From the IMG/VR virus record IMGVR_UViG_3300045988_183134, positions 1 to 64,000 of that record: a stretch of DNA of 64,000 nt; one strand, 5' to 3'. Positions 50,539 through 60,025 of this stretch are shown in pieces. The notes beneath the pieces are model-generated. The model was not told where the DNA came from, did no database searches, and saw only the letters and a list, made by a program, of their open reading frames with translations. Made by a program: the position numbers and the translations under genes. Each line of letters opens with the position of its first letter. The first letter of the stretch is position 1. This DNA comes from a virus.

Positions 50539-50793
50539 GATGTCGGTTACGTTATCGGGAAAAGCTTTGAGCAGCAAATGCGTTCTGCTAATGCAACCTG
50601 TGCCGAAAGCTTTTCCCATTGTGGCAGCAGTCACAGCGTTCGCCCTTATGTGCGCCGCGCTCACTGGCATCATTACTGGGTCGGGGAAGGCCGCACAAGA
50701 CTCGGAGTCCGTTGGATTGAACCGGCCTTGGTTCTTACCAACAGCAAAAACGAAGCCGATGCGGCTATTGTAAGAAACGTGAAAGGAGCATGA
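50539..50793 (+). pseudogene. 3' remnant of a third His/Trp-motif paralog
   Basis: DVGYVIGKSFEQQ..VRPYVRRAHWHHYWVGEGRTRLGVRWIEP aligns to the last ~85 aa of 48408-49484; begins right after a terminator with no RBS. Confidence 0.65.
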
Positions 50794-50795
50794 CA

Positions 50796-51278
50796 ATGCT
50801 TAATCCAAATATCAATAATGCTCTCGAAACCAATTCAAGCAAAGCGGTGCTTCTCAGCATCAAAAAGCAATGGCTTGAAAAGATTCTGAGCGGAGAAAAG
50901 ACCATTGAGGTCCGAAAAACCATGCCGTGGGAAATCAGCTATCCTTTTGTGGTGTTTTGCTACGAGACAAAAGCTGATGGTGGTGCCGGAAAAGTAACTG
51001 CTGCATTTGTTTGCCGAGACATCGATACGCTCGACTGTCTGCGTGAACTCCCGGCATATGCTATTGGCACAAAAGTAACCGAAAAGACCGCTCGATTCGT
51101 CAAGGATAGCTGCCTTACCGCAAACGAGCTGATTGCATACGGCAATAAGTCTGGCACTCTATATGGTTGGAACGTCTCTGACATCCAATCTATGGATATG
51201 TCACTGCGAGAGCTTGGCGTTAAGCGAGCACCACAGTCCTGGATGTATCTGCAAGTTCCCAACGACAAGACGTTCTGA
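50796..51278 (+). CDS. ASCH (PUA-like) domain protein
   Basis: LLSIKKQWLEKILSGEKTIEVRK typical N-terminal ASCH strand pair; alternative start at 50790. Confidence 0.7.
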   Translation: MLNPNINNALETNSSKAVLLSIKKQWLEKILSGEKTIEVRKTMPWEISYPFVVFCYETKADGGAGKVTAAFVCRDIDTLDCLRELPAYAIGTKVTEKTARFVKDSCLTANELIAYGNKSGTLYGWNVSDIQSMDMSLRELGVKRAPQSWMYLQVPNDKTF

Positions 51279-51324
51279 ACGATGCCTGTTGGGGCTGGCT
51301 GCATGTGCGGACCAAGCAAAACAT

Positions 51325-51392
51325 CTACTGCACGATAGAATAAATCGTGCAAACAAAGCAGACTCTCAATTCTTGAGGGCCTGCTATTTTTT
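51325..51392 (+). ncRNA. structured RNA cassette, short family member without a convincing own promoter
   Basis: GCACGATAGAATAAATCGTGC hairpin, terminator AAGCAGACTCTC..GAGGGCCTGCT followed by ATTTTTT; the upstream GTGCGGA box has a poor -10. Confidence 0.5.
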
Positions 51393-51411
51393 ATTTCAGG
51401 AGGAAATAACC

Positions 51412-51951
51412 GTGATTCTTTATCATATCATGGCAGACACCGGATGCCTGCCGGACGATGTCATTCCACAGATACCTACGAATCGGATGAAAGGGGAGGA
51501 CCAGGAAATCCCAAGAATTTGTCTTGGGCATACCCTTGACGACTGCCTGACCAGCATCGGCATTGCGCATTTTGTCTCAAAATTCCTGCTCGCTGAGCTG
51601 CGTCAGAACAAAAAATACTCCAAGGACATGCCGTTACCGTTCATTGTCCGAATGTACAACATCAAGGACGAAGACCCGAATCTCTTGACCGAGGAAGAAA
51701 CACAGAAATATGTGGCGGATTCTGTCGTGACCAGTGAATGCTGGCTCACAAGATACGAGAAACCCGTCAAAATCCAGAAACTTTGGCTTGTGGGCGGCGA
51801 AGTGGTGCTTTGGCCCTATATCGTTGACGGCGTTGTATACAATTACCCAATCGTCCGTAACTCAATTTGGGCAGACAGCAAAACCTTGCCGGACCCGGAA
51901 TTTCAGAATCAAATCATGGATATCACTCAGAAATGGCTTAACGAAGCCTGA
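51412..51951 (+). CDS. hypothetical protein
   Basis: GTG 7 nt after AGGAGGAAA, downstream of the cassette terminator; 179 aa. Confidence 0.6.
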   Translation: MILYHIMADTGCLPDDVIPQIPTNRMKGEDQEIPRICLGHTLDDCLTSIGIAHFVSKFLLAELRQNKKYSKDMPLPFIVRMYNIKDEDPNLLTEEETQKYVADSVVTSECWLTRYEKPVKIQKLWLVGGEVVLWPYIVDGVVYNYPIVRNSIWADSKTLPDPEFQNQIMDITQKWLNEA

Positions 51952-51973
51952 AAAAGAAGCACATCAAAAGCTC

Positions 51974-52001
51974 TTGCACATCCTTGCGAATTCCATAGTA
52001 T
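51974..52001 (+). promoter_or_regulatory. dyad-box promoter, family copy
   Basis: TTGCAC atcc TTGCGAA ttcca TAGTAT. Confidence 0.55.
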
Positions 52002-52110
52002 TAAAGTTGTACGACAGATAACATCTACTTGGCACGCCGCGTGCTCGTACAATTCATAATTCTGTTCTCATTCAAGGCAGACTCATCTTCATGATGGGCC
52101 TGCCTTTTTT
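52002..52110 (+). ncRNA. structured RNA cassette, family member
   Basis: TTGTACGACAGATAACA box, GTACG/CGTAC helix around GCACG-CCG-CGTGC, ATTCATAATTCTG box, terminator AAGGCAGACTC..GGGCCTGCCTT followed by T6. Confidence 0.65.
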
Positions 52111-52202
52111 GTTTACAGAAAAAGGAGGAATTAAAAACAAACCACAAATCTCAAATCACAATCTTCCGCTACAAGGAAAAGACACAAAAAAGGAGTCACA
52201 AA

Positions 52203-53030
52203 ATGAAAGTCGAAAAGAATAATAACAGCATTTTTCGGAACAAGCATGTCCTGGTTGTCGTCGCGGTGATGTGTATTTTTACCATCATCGCCTGCATGGG
52301 TTTTATGCTTTCTGTTCCTGCACACGCAGAGGAAAACATAGCTCCCAAAACCGAACCTATCGCTTTTTCCACTCCCATTGAAACGGTGAATGAGCTCGAT
52401 AAAGCGTTCCCGATAACGGAAACTTCCGAAGAAGCACAGGAGGAAATTACAACTGCTGAGGTCGAATCTTCCGATGCTGCAGAACCGGAACCACGGATTG
52501 AGACCGCAGAAGCAGCCATCGAAGAAGCCAAACCGAAACCCGAGACAATCCCAGATAATCTCAACGACAATGAGCTTGAAATCTACACAGCTCTGCGGTC
52601 CGCTGGCCTTTCCAAGGCCGGTACTGCCGCAGTGATGGGCTGCATGTCGATGGAGAGTGGTCTTAACGCTTCAGCCGAAAACCCTTCGGATGGCGGCTAT
52701 GGACTCCTGCAATGGACTTATAGCCGAAAGACAGACCTTTTCAACTGGTGTTATGGCAATGGCTATGACACCAACACCGTTACGGGACAGGTGATGTTCT
52801 TCGTGTATGAGCTCAATAGCACATACAGCAAGGCCGCCAAATACTCATATCCGGTGTACGAAACTCTTACTACAAGCGACAGCCTGGAAGATTGCCTTTC
52901 GATGTTCTTCTCCCATATGGAAGCAGGAACCAACGTGATAATCTCTTCCCGCAAAGTCTATGCAGGAGGGCTGACCACGTTAGACCTGTACCGCAAACGC
53001 TTAACTGCCGCTTACAAATACTTCATTTGA
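52203..53030 (+). CDS. phage tail-lysozyme-like peptidoglycan hydrolase with an N-terminal signal anchor
   Basis: AAGGAG RBS; TM VLVVVAVMCIFTIIACMGFML; GCMSMESGLNASAEN..GGYGLLQWT matches the tail-lysozyme signature as I recall it. Confidence 0.7.
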   Translation: MKVEKNNNSIFRNKHVLVVVAVMCIFTIIACMGFMLSVPAHAEENIAPKTEPIAFSTPIETVNELDKAFPITETSEEAQEEITTAEVESSDAAEPEPRIETAEAAIEEAKPKPETIPDNLNDNELEIYTALRSAGLSKAGTAAVMGCMSMESGLNASAENPSDGGYGLLQWTYSRKTDLFNWCYGNGYDTNTVTGQVMFFVYELNSTYSKAAKYSYPVYETLTTSDSLEDCLSMFFSHMEAGTNVIISSRKVYAGGLTTLDLYRKRLTAAYKYFI

Positions 53031-53047
53031 ATTAGGAGGAAATCACA

Positions 53048-53383
53048 ATGAAAACAACCGTTTATCTGTCCCGAAAACTCTTGAACCAGTTAAAGGTAAA
53101 AGAAACCGAAAGCAAAGACCTTATGCTAACCCATAACCTACACAACATCATCATCAACGGTAAGCGTGTTGGCTGCTCAGGCCACATTCAGAACGTTCTC
53201 AACAATAAGTGCGTTTACGTCAGCACCGAAAAGAGTTGCTATCAGCCCTTGTCTGACAAGAACCTGGTTCGCTATGCCGCCAGTATGAAAGATTACTCCT
53301 CTGTATCGCTCGGTGCAAAAGGACGTAATCAGTTCGTGACCAATGATGAGTTGGTTGGAAAAATCATTGATATGCTCCGATAA
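53048..53383 (+). CDS. hypothetical protein
   Basis: 111-aa ORF with AGGAGGAAA RBS. Confidence 0.6.
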   Translation: MKTTVYLSRKLLNQLKVKETESKDLMLTHNLHNIIINGKRVGCSGHIQNVLNNKCVYVSTEKSCYQPLSDKNLVRYAASMKDYSSVSLGAKGRNQFVTNDELVGKIIDMLR

Positions 53384-53410
53384 GGGCATAAACAGAAAGA
53401 GAAAAAGCTC

Positions 53411-53581
53411 ATGAAAACCGGCATCAAGAGTCAGATAGTAATAGTATCTGCTGTGGCAGCTGTTCTGCTCATTGTTATGAGTGGCTGTGCAATTGCGGAG
53501 AGCATTACCTTTGAGAAGGTTGCTGTTCTCGCTGCAAGCGTACTTGCCTTGAACAAATGCTGCGGCATCCTGTTAAACTAA
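53411..53581 (+). CDS. 56-aa membrane or lipoprotein-like peptide (not in the ORF track)
   Basis: hydrophobic IVIVSAVAAVLLIVMSGC followed by a second hydrophobic stretch; weak RBS. Confidence 0.35.
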   Translation: MKTGIKSQIVIVSAVAAVLLIVMSGCAIAESITFEKVAVLAASVLALNKCCGILLN

Positions 53582-53593
53582 GGAGAAAAAATC

Positions 53594-54178
53594 ATGAAGA
53601 ATAAATACAAAGTTGTTGCCTTAGTTCCTTTGGAGTTCTCTGTTGAGGGAAGCTCCGATTCCAAAGAGGCAATCGAATCCATCAAAAACATTTTCGAAGC
53701 GTGTCGGGATGATAAAGACTACGCGGACATCGTTTTTGATGGTATCGAAGAGTCACTTCGTCACAACAGTATCGAGTACAAAGTTGAAGCCGTCCAGCAT
53801 GAACCTGAGGTGAAGGTAAATTCCGATATCCGTTCTGTTGCCTTCGATATCTGCGACTTCTTCGAGAACTATCTCGACGAAAACGGTATTTGCATCGTTT
53901 GCGATGATGCAGATGAGGAGCGGGAACGGAAAGACAATGAAAGCGGCGCGATGCTGTACGGCATGGAATATTGGCATCTCGTTGAGGATGTCGAGTTCTG
54001 GCTGAGTCACATGAGTGCGCAGGGAAAGCCGGTCATTACTTCTAAAATTTTGAAGGCGTTCGACGAACTTCTCGTATCCAAAAACCTCGGTAACTCCGTG
54101 CCAAGCGGCGATAATCGCTATCAACTGCACTCAAAGATTCTGAGTTGCTTGCGTTCTCGTGAGGAGGGGTTGGAATGA
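53594..54178 (+). CDS. acidic hypothetical protein
   Basis: 194-aa ORF with AAGGAG RBS. Confidence 0.65.
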   Translation: MKNKYKVVALVPLEFSVEGSSDSKEAIESIKNIFEACRDDKDYADIVFDGIEESLRHNSIEYKVEAVQHEPEVKVNSDIRSVAFDICDFFENYLDENGICIVCDDADEERERKDNESGAMLYGMEYWHLVEDVEFWLSHMSAQGKPVITSKILKAFDELLVSKNLGNSVPSGDNRYQLHSKILSCLRSREEGLE

Positions 54179-54705
54179 GCGCGAAAGGCTGGAACAGTCT
54201 GAAACCTATTACGACCCCTGACCAGATGTCCGCACCAATTCATTGGAACCCAATGAACGAGGATTGGAAAATGCGGCTTACCAAAAGCCAGATTTACAAC
54301 ACCTCTTCTGGTTTCGATACTCAAACGCTCGATGCTATGAAGAAGCTGCATGACAAAATCCTCACATTTGGCGGGGATGAAGTCTGCATGACGGAATTTG
54401 ACGAAGACGCCCCAAAAATCCTCAAACGCGGCCAATTCTTTTATGGCAGCAGCTATATGAGGAAAGGCCAGGATTGCCAGTGCCATTACAATTCTGCACG
54501 GCTTTGGTATAAAAACAAAGACCGGTGCTTTATTGCAACGGGCTATGCTCTTTCCGAAGACGGGCTCTGGCGCTGTCATTCCTGGGTCGTTCAGCCAATG
54601 GCACGCACCGTTCGCGTGTGGGAAACCACCGTCAAGCGTGTTGCCTATTTTGGCGTGGTTTTGACCAGCGAGGAATGCGAAGACTTTGTCGAGAACAACA
54701 CATAA
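54175..54705 (+). CDS. hypothetical protein
   Basis: 176 aa, ATGA start/stop overlap. Confidence 0.6.
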   Translation: MSAKGWNSLKPITTPDQMSAPIHWNPMNEDWKMRLTKSQIYNTSSGFDTQTLDAMKKLHDKILTFGGDEVCMTEFDEDAPKILKRGQFFYGSSYMRKGQDCQCHYNSARLWYKNKDRCFIATGYALSEDGLWRCHSWVVQPMARTVRVWETTVKRVAYFGVVLTSEECEDFVENNT

Positions 54706-54726
54706 CAATTGGGGAGGTTACCCAAC

Positions 54727-55728
54727 ATGGGTGAACAACTACATTTCAGTATGGATGGTGAGTTCCTCACCGCCATTGCACGTGACTGGTTCTGGAAGAT
54801 GGACAAGCCGTATAAAAAGTGTGAGGAGCTGCTGCTCTCCTGCATGATGGGTGGCAACGAGGAAGAAAAAAGGCATGTTTGCCAGGACATTATCGAAGGC
54901 CGGAAAAAACTTGTTGGTGTCAATGAGTTTGAACTTGTCGATGACAATGTTCATGTTCGTCCCCTCGGGCAGAAGGTTGAGGAGCTTCAACACAAGATGC
55001 TGGTCAATCAAATTCGTGAGGATATGATTGCACATCCGCTCAATTATGTTGACCGCTTTGCTATGACTGATAGCTATGAAACGCTCTGCACCAATGCAAA
55101 ACATCATTATATCGATTGCAGCTATGACGGTATCAAGTGCTTCCTCTATGGGAAAACGGGTTATTCTGATGCATTCAACAACGGTGCATGGCTTTTTACC
55201 CACCCAGACCTTGTTGCAGAATTCAATGGCGAACCGCTTCCTGAGCAGGAATCCAACCCGGAATTCTACAAAACCGATTTTTGGACCAAGCTTGCCTCTT
55301 GGATTGAAGCAAACATGAAAGGCACATCCGTTGAACGCCGTCAGCGACTGTACAACAGCTATATCAGTGATAGACCCATTCAGCATCAGCTGACCGAATA
55401 TGGTCTGATTGCTCCCGATGGCACCTGGTATGCCTGCGAGTTTGGCGAGCACGCTGCCCTGGCTGGCCGCATCATCATGCGCAATCGAGAAGCGTTTGGT
55501 CTTTCTGACCATGAAGTTCTCAATATGGCGTATGACTGGAGCGGCAAGGGTCTCGATTTCCTATATAAACGCGGTTGGATTGCCATTCGTAATCCTTCGA
55601 TGGGCAATACATTCCTCGATATGGATGAGACCAAAACCGCAACAAAAGCTCAAGTAAATACCATTTTTGACTATATTTCTAAATTCAACCGCTATGACAT
55701 GAATATTTCTAAAGTTATGGTTGACTAA
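54727..55728 (+). CDS. hypothetical protein
   Basis: ATG after GGGGAGG; 333 aa. Confidence 0.65.
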   Translation: MGEQLHFSMDGEFLTAIARDWFWKMDKPYKKCEELLLSCMMGGNEEEKRHVCQDIIEGRKKLVGVNEFELVDDNVHVRPLGQKVEELQHKMLVNQIREDMIAHPLNYVDRFAMTDSYETLCTNAKHHYIDCSYDGIKCFLYGKTGYSDAFNNGAWLFTHPDLVAEFNGEPLPEQESNPEFYKTDFWTKLASWIEANMKGTSVERRQRLYNSYISDRPIQHQLTEYGLIAPDGTWYACEFGEHAALAGRIIMRNREAFGLSDHEVLNMAYDWSGKGLDFLYKRGWIAIRNPSMGNTFLDMDETKTATKAQVNTIFDYISKFNRYDMNISKVMVD

Positions 55729-55743
55729 GAAGGAGATTTTATT

Positions 55744-56319
55744 ATGACTTCCAATATGACTATGACCGCTATTTCCATCTGTAATTTTCTGAAACTCATC
55801 GTGAAAAGCACGGTTGAGCATTACACCGAGGATTTCAAGCTGGACATAAAGATTTTTAAGCGCTATGCAAAAGAAGCGCAGGAAACTGGAAAGCCCGTAT
55901 CGATGCTCTGGTTCTGCCGCTCTTGTGGAACGTATCTCTGCCCTGAGGAAGATGCGTACAAGAAAGATACTCCCATGTTCATCACGTTCAAATACTATGA
56001 TGAGCAGGAAGAGGAAGAAGCCCGGACCATTAAGGCTTTTCTGGTCACTGTGACAGGGATGGAAGGACAAAAGCCAGTTGGCTATATCACTCCCATCAAC
56101 TATGCGGATGAATGTGACCGCATTCGCCGTTACGCAGTACCTGCCGAAAAGGTCGAGCTTGTCTATGATAAAGGTTCCCTTGTCCAGAACAATGGCAACT
56201 ATACGATTCTGAAGCATCCCAAGCTTGGTACACTTCAGAAAACGAAATTCTTGGCCGATGACCCTGACGCGCTTGATTATGCGCTGCATATGGCTCGCAA
56301 TGAGAGAAAGGCAGGGTAA
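55744..56319 (+). CDS. hypothetical protein
   Basis: 191-aa ORF with GAAGGAG RBS. Confidence 0.65.
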   Translation: MTSNMTMTAISICNFLKLIVKSTVEHYTEDFKLDIKIFKRYAKEAQETGKPVSMLWFCRSCGTYLCPEEDAYKKDTPMFITFKYYDEQEEEEARTIKAFLVTVTGMEGQKPVGYITPINYADECDRIRRYAVPAEKVELVYDKGSLVQNNGNYTILKHPKLGTLQKTKFLADDPDALDYALHMARNERKAG

Positions 56320-56324
56320 CAGCC

Positions 56325-56600
56325 ATGAAAACGATGGTTACATTGACTCACGAAGAAGCCCAAAGCTATTTGGCGTACGCTCTGATTTGCGAAACGATGG
56401 AAGGAGCCTTTTGGAATTCCGGACGCCGTCGCAGACTATACAGCAAGACGTTTACCGAAGCCGAACAGAGGCAGATTCCCCGCATCAAAGCCATTGCTCA
56501 CAAATGGTGTTTGGTTACTGGTGTTCCTGAAAAGGTACGCATGAGATACAGCACCTATTTGCTGTGGCAGAAACTCGCGATGTTCTGCGCTGAAATTTAA
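56325..56600 (+). CDS. hypothetical protein
   Basis: 91-aa ORF followed by the terminator at 56610. Confidence 0.55.
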   Translation: MKTMVTLTHEEAQSYLAYALICETMEGAFWNSGRRRRLYSKTFTEAEQRQIPRIKAIAHKWCLVTGVPEKVRMRYSTYLLWQKLAMFCAEI

Positions 56601-56609
56601 TTTTTCATT

Positions 56610-56638
56610 ACCGCTGCCCATTTGGGTGGCGGTTTTTT
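56610..56638 (+). terminator. intrinsic terminator
   Basis: ACCGCTGCCCA-TT-TGGGTGGCGGT followed by TTTTT. Confidence 0.7.
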
Positions 56639-56639
56639 G

Positions 56640-56667
56640 TTGCGGATTTATGCGAACGGCCTATAAT
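56640..56667 (+). promoter_or_regulatory. dyad-box promoter, family copy
   Basis: TTGCGG attt ATGCGAA cggcc TATAAT. Confidence 0.55.
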
Positions 56668-56770
56668 CAAAAATGTACGATAGATAACAGATATCGAAAA
56701 GGCATCCTGCCCTTCGCACACTTAACAATGCGCTTTAGGCGAACTTCCCATTTGGGCGGTTCGCCTTTTT
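56668..56770 (+). ncRNA. structured RNA cassette, family member
   Basis: ATGTACGATAGATAACA box, GAAAAGGCA/TGCCCTTC hairpin, CTTAACAATGCG box, terminator AGGCGAACTTCCC..GGGCGGTTCGCCT followed by T5. Confidence 0.65.
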
Positions 56771-56802
56771 GCGTATAATATAAAAGAAAGGACGTAATCC
56801 AA

Positions 56803-57042
56803 ATGAATGAGTACGAAGCAACAATACAAATCAACCCAACCGACGATATCAAGTTCATACTTGAGGAGTCCGGCTGCTATGAGTCTGAAATTGAAATGAT
56901 GAAGGCCGGTGGCACCTATGATGCGTTTGTCAAGCGTGTCTATGATGCCATCGACTGGTCTCATCTGTTTGAGCGTATTGCTCAGATGGAAAACGAAGCC
57001 ATCACGACAGCTATCGACAAATTGTCTGATAGCATAATTTGA
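56803..57042 (+). CDS. hypothetical protein
   Basis: 79-aa ORF with GAAAGGA RBS. Confidence 0.6.
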   Translation: MNEYEATIQINPTDDIKFILEESGCYESEIEMMKAGGTYDAFVKRVYDAIDWSHLFERIAQMENEAITTAIDKLSDSII

Positions 57043-57061
57043 TTGTTAGGAGGTAAATACT

Positions 57062-57634
57062 ATGTACATTCTCATTAAAAACCAGGAAGGCGAAAGCATG
57101 AACTTGCTTTCCCAGAATACCGATTTCAACGCTCTACTGACAGCCATGAAAACTGACATTGAGGCAGAGTACGAAAAGGCAACAGGTTATGCGATTGACC
57201 TTGACGAGGATTCCGGCAGCGATTATGAAGTCGGTATCAACGTTGAGGACAGTGCAGCAGACGGTTTCTGCCTTGCGTCCGGGTATATGTACGGCGCAGA
57301 CAGCAACTTTGACTGGGGCATTTTCAAAGTAAAGTCTCAGAAAAACAATGTCGCAGCGAAACCCTACATTAGCTTGGATATGAACAAGTTCTTTCGGCAG
57401 AAAATGCTGCTGATTGACCTCTCGGCAAAAGTAAAGGACCTCGGCTATGACCATCTGGCCGATGAGCTTTGGGGCGCAATCGGTGTCTTCGACGCTGTAC
57501 AGGATTCAGCTGAAGGAGACGGTGTTTTCACTGCTCCGGAAGCGGATGAAGAAACCGGTCTGTTCCTTGACGATTTTTATAACGACGTTCTGGAAAAGAT
57601 TCTGAACGCCGACAAGAAAAAGGAGGAAAAGTAA
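57062..57634 (+). CDS. acidic hypothetical protein
   Basis: 190-aa ORF with AGGAGG RBS. Confidence 0.65.
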   Translation: MYILIKNQEGESMNLLSQNTDFNALLTAMKTDIEAEYEKATGYAIDLDEDSGSDYEVGINVEDSAADGFCLASGYMYGADSNFDWGIFKVKSQKNNVAAKPYISLDMNKFFRQKMLLIDLSAKVKDLGYDHLADELWGAIGVFDAVQDSAEGDGVFTAPEADEETGLFLDDFYNDVLEKILNADKKKEEK

Positions 57635-57637
57635 GCC

Positions 57638-58123
57638 ATGAGACTCTACATCCAAGGCGAACACGGTAAGCTCCTAACTTTCACCCCGGAAGAAATCAAG
57701 GAAAAGCTCGGTATTCCATTCGATATCGCTGCTCTTGGCATCGAGGTAGATGATGGCGACACCACCATCAGGGCTCAGTCATACCCCAAATGGGATTATC
57801 AGAACGGGAACCCGCCCATTGACCTCTGTGTCAATGAAATGCAGGTTGGCTCACTGGCTATTCCGACGCCCAACATTCCGGCTCCCGTCATTTATCTTTA
57901 TGATGAACAGGGGCAGGATGAATTGGATTGGTTTGCATGTACCAGCTTTGCACCCCGTGCATCTGGTGACGAAAGTTCTCACGTCGTCTTCTGTGACATG
58001 AGTTTTGGCAATGCGTTTGCTACCACAGACGTTTTTGTGAATCCGCGCAAGGGAATTCCTTTCGTGCAGTGTTCCACTGAGAATCAACTTTCTGATTTCA
58101 GGAAAGCTGATTCCCATGAATAA
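57638..58123 (+). CDS. hypothetical protein
   Basis: 161-aa ORF with AAGGAGGAAA RBS. Confidence 0.65.
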   Translation: MRLYIQGEHGKLLTFTPEEIKEKLGIPFDIAALGIEVDDGDTTIRAQSYPKWDYQNGNPPIDLCVNEMQVGSLAIPTPNIPAPVIYLYDEQGQDELDWFACTSFAPRASGDESSHVVFCDMSFGNAFATTDVFVNPRKGIPFVQCSTENQLSDFRKADSHE

Positions 58124-58141
58124 TATCTGACTCGTATCTTT

Positions 58142-58173
58142 GCGGTCGTTCCTTTTGGAGCGACCGCTTTTTT
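58142..58173 (+). terminator. intrinsic terminator
   Basis: GCGGTCG..CGACCGC hairpin followed by TTTTTT. Confidence 0.75.
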
Positions 58174-58187
58174 GTTTTTTAGTTTTG

Positions 58188-58215
58188 TTGCACAAATGTG
58201 CGACTCTCTTAAAAT
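58188..58215 (+). promoter_or_regulatory. dyad-box promoter, family copy
   Basis: TTGCAC aaat GTGCGAC tctct TAAAAT. Confidence 0.6.
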
Positions 58216-58236
58216 AGAAATTAGGGAGGTGCTGTT

Positions 58237-58533
58237 TTGAAAATTCAGAGAATCGTGCCTGCAACTGCTCATTCTATGAAGGATGCTTTGCCACTTGGCA
58301 CTATCCTGACGGTGAAAAATGTTGCAGACCAGAAATATATTGTAGTGGGTTACGATACCAGTGCTGTTCCACACAACTACTACGCGGTTCCCTGGCCGCA
58401 GGGGTACATGGGCGAAGAAAACATGTACCTGGTAGGATTTGATGATATTGCGAAAGTTCTGTGTCGCGGCGGAATCAATGAGGAATCCAGAGTTTTCTTG
58501 CAGGCACTGGATGATGTGTTGAACGGGAGGTGA
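58237..58533 (+). CDS. hypothetical protein
   Basis: TTG start after GGGAGG; 98 aa. Confidence 0.55.
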   Translation: MKIQRIVPATAHSMKDALPLGTILTVKNVADQKYIVVGYDTSAVPHNYYAVPWPQGYMGEENMYLVGFDDIAKVLCRGGINEESRVFLQALDDVLNGR

Positions 58534-58537
58534 CACG

Positions 58538-58753
58538 GTGACGGTAAAAGAGCTGAAGCATATGCTTGAGAACGCGGACGACAATGCTATCGTCGTTGTG
58601 CGAAATAACTGGGCTCCGGCGGAATTCCTGAATACCTCTGCTCGGAAGATGGTGCTTGTGAAAGCAAATGGCAAGCTCATGACGCCGAAACGGGCCGAGG
58701 CGAGCGGGTATATCTGCGAAGGCCCTGCTATGTCGGCAATTTTATTCGATTGA
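58538..58753 (+). CDS. hypothetical protein
   Basis: GTG start after GGGAGGTG; 71 aa. Confidence 0.5.
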   Translation: MTVKELKHMLENADDNAIVVVRNNWAPAEFLNTSARKMVLVKANGKLMTPKRAEASGYICEGPAMSAILFD

Positions 58754-58766
58754 GGTGAGAAAAATC

Positions 58767-59096
58767 ATGCCCGATAAAAAAGTGGCCACGCAGGCATCTG
58801 ATGGACCCTGGGAACGCGAAACCATCATCACATTCAATGATGCAGAGAAGAAAGCATCCTACTACACCTGCAACAAAGCTCGTATGGAACAGCTAAAAGA
58901 GCTTGCCAAAGAATACCCTGATGCTGTTAAAATCACGCGGGATGAGGACTGGTGTATGGAGGCAGATATGCCCAAGAAATGGGTCAAAATCAAGCCGCCT
59001 CGCAAGCTGACCGAAGAGCAATATGCGGAACTGGTCAGACGCGGCAAAGAACTTGCAGAGCGGCAGCGACAGGCAAAGAACTTAGTGAAGGAATAA
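58767..59096 (+). CDS. hypothetical protein
   Basis: ATG after GAGGTGAG; 109 aa. Confidence 0.6.
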   Translation: MPDKKVATQASDGPWERETIITFNDAEKKASYYTCNKARMEQLKELAKEYPDAVKITRDEDWCMEADMPKKWVKIKPPRKLTEEQYAELVRRGKELAERQRQAKNLVKE

Positions 59097-59130
59097 TCCG
59101 GCTTCATATGCCGGAAGAGGAGGATATAAA

Positions 59131-59748
59131 ATGTATAATTCTTACAGCGCATTGAATCTTTTGGGCGGTATGCTCTACACGGTGATTCTTTTGGTAGTGG
59201 CGTATTTTGTGCTCAAAATCGTCGCCAATTGGAAAATTTTTGAGAAGGCCGGGCAGCCTGGCTGGGCATCCATCGTCCCGTTCTACAGCAACTACATCGA
59301 ATTCAACATTTACTGGGGGAACGGCTGGTTGTTTCTGATTCCGGTCGTGCTGAGCCTTTTGTCTGGCATCCCGCTGCTCGGCAATCTGTTCCTGGTTGTT
59401 GCTCTCATCATCGGTGCTATTACCAACTACAAGAAAGCTGTTGCGTTCGGTGAAGGTATTGGTTTCACGATTGGTCTTTGCCTTCTGAATCCGGTGTTCA
59501 ACATGATTCTTGCTTTCGGCCATTATGAGTATCACGGTATCCCGCAGGATGGCTATTCCTATTCTCAGCTCAAGACCAAATATGAGGAAAAGAAAGCCGA
59601 ACAGCAGAACAACCCCAGTACTGTTCAGTACCAGGCCCCCGAAACTCCCAAAGAGCCGAGCCAAAATGTTCAGTATCAGACTCCGAATGCTCCTGCTGAA
59701 GTCAAGACCCAGCCGACTCAGCAAAATCAAAATCAGGACAATGGCTGA
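59131..59748 (+). CDS. DUF5684-like multi-pass membrane protein
   Basis: AGGAGG RBS; WKIFEKAGQPGWASIVPFY motif plus 3-4 TM segments; Q/P-rich tail. Confidence 0.65.
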   Translation: MYNSYSALNLLGGMLYTVILLVVAYFVLKIVANWKIFEKAGQPGWASIVPFYSNYIEFNIYWGNGWLFLIPVVLSLLSGIPLLGNLFLVVALIIGAITNYKKAVAFGEGIGFTIGLCLLNPVFNMILAFGHYEYHGIPQDGYSYSQLKTKYEEKKAEQQNNPSTVQYQAPETPKEPSQNVQYQTPNAPAEVKTQPTQQNQNQDNG

Positions 59749-59941
59749 TATTATTTGGGTCGTTGTGTTTCTCTGCGTTCTCATCGCGTCCTGCTTTGGA
59801 ATGTACTATTTCCAGGGTGAGAACAAACAAAAATTTGTGTTTTGCTTTTTGCTGGTAGCATTATCTTTTGGAGTTCTTGCGTTTCGACTCCTGGATATTG
59901 CCTACACAATGATAAACGCAGCTGTCAAAGCCGCACAATGA
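59741..59941 (+). CDS. small membrane protein
   Basis: 66 aa, ATG overlaps the previous stop; two TM segments. Confidence 0.5.
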   Translation: MADIIWVVVFLCVLIASCFGMYYFQGENKQKFVFCFLLVALSFGVLAFRLLDIAYTMINAAVKAAQ

Positions 59942-59943
59942 CC

Positions 59944-60004
59944 TTTTTGCAATTCTCAAACTGTTTTTTTGGCAGACCTTCCAACCGAGGGCCTGCCCTT
60001 TTTA
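59944..60004 (+). ncRNA. partial cassette (3' half only) acting as an inter-gene terminator
   Basis: AATTCTCAAACTG box, then GGCAGACCTTCC..GAGGGCCTGCC followed by CTTTTTA; no promoter or 5' box. Confidence 0.5.
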
Positions 60005-60025
60005 TTGTTGCCAGGAGGAAAATCT

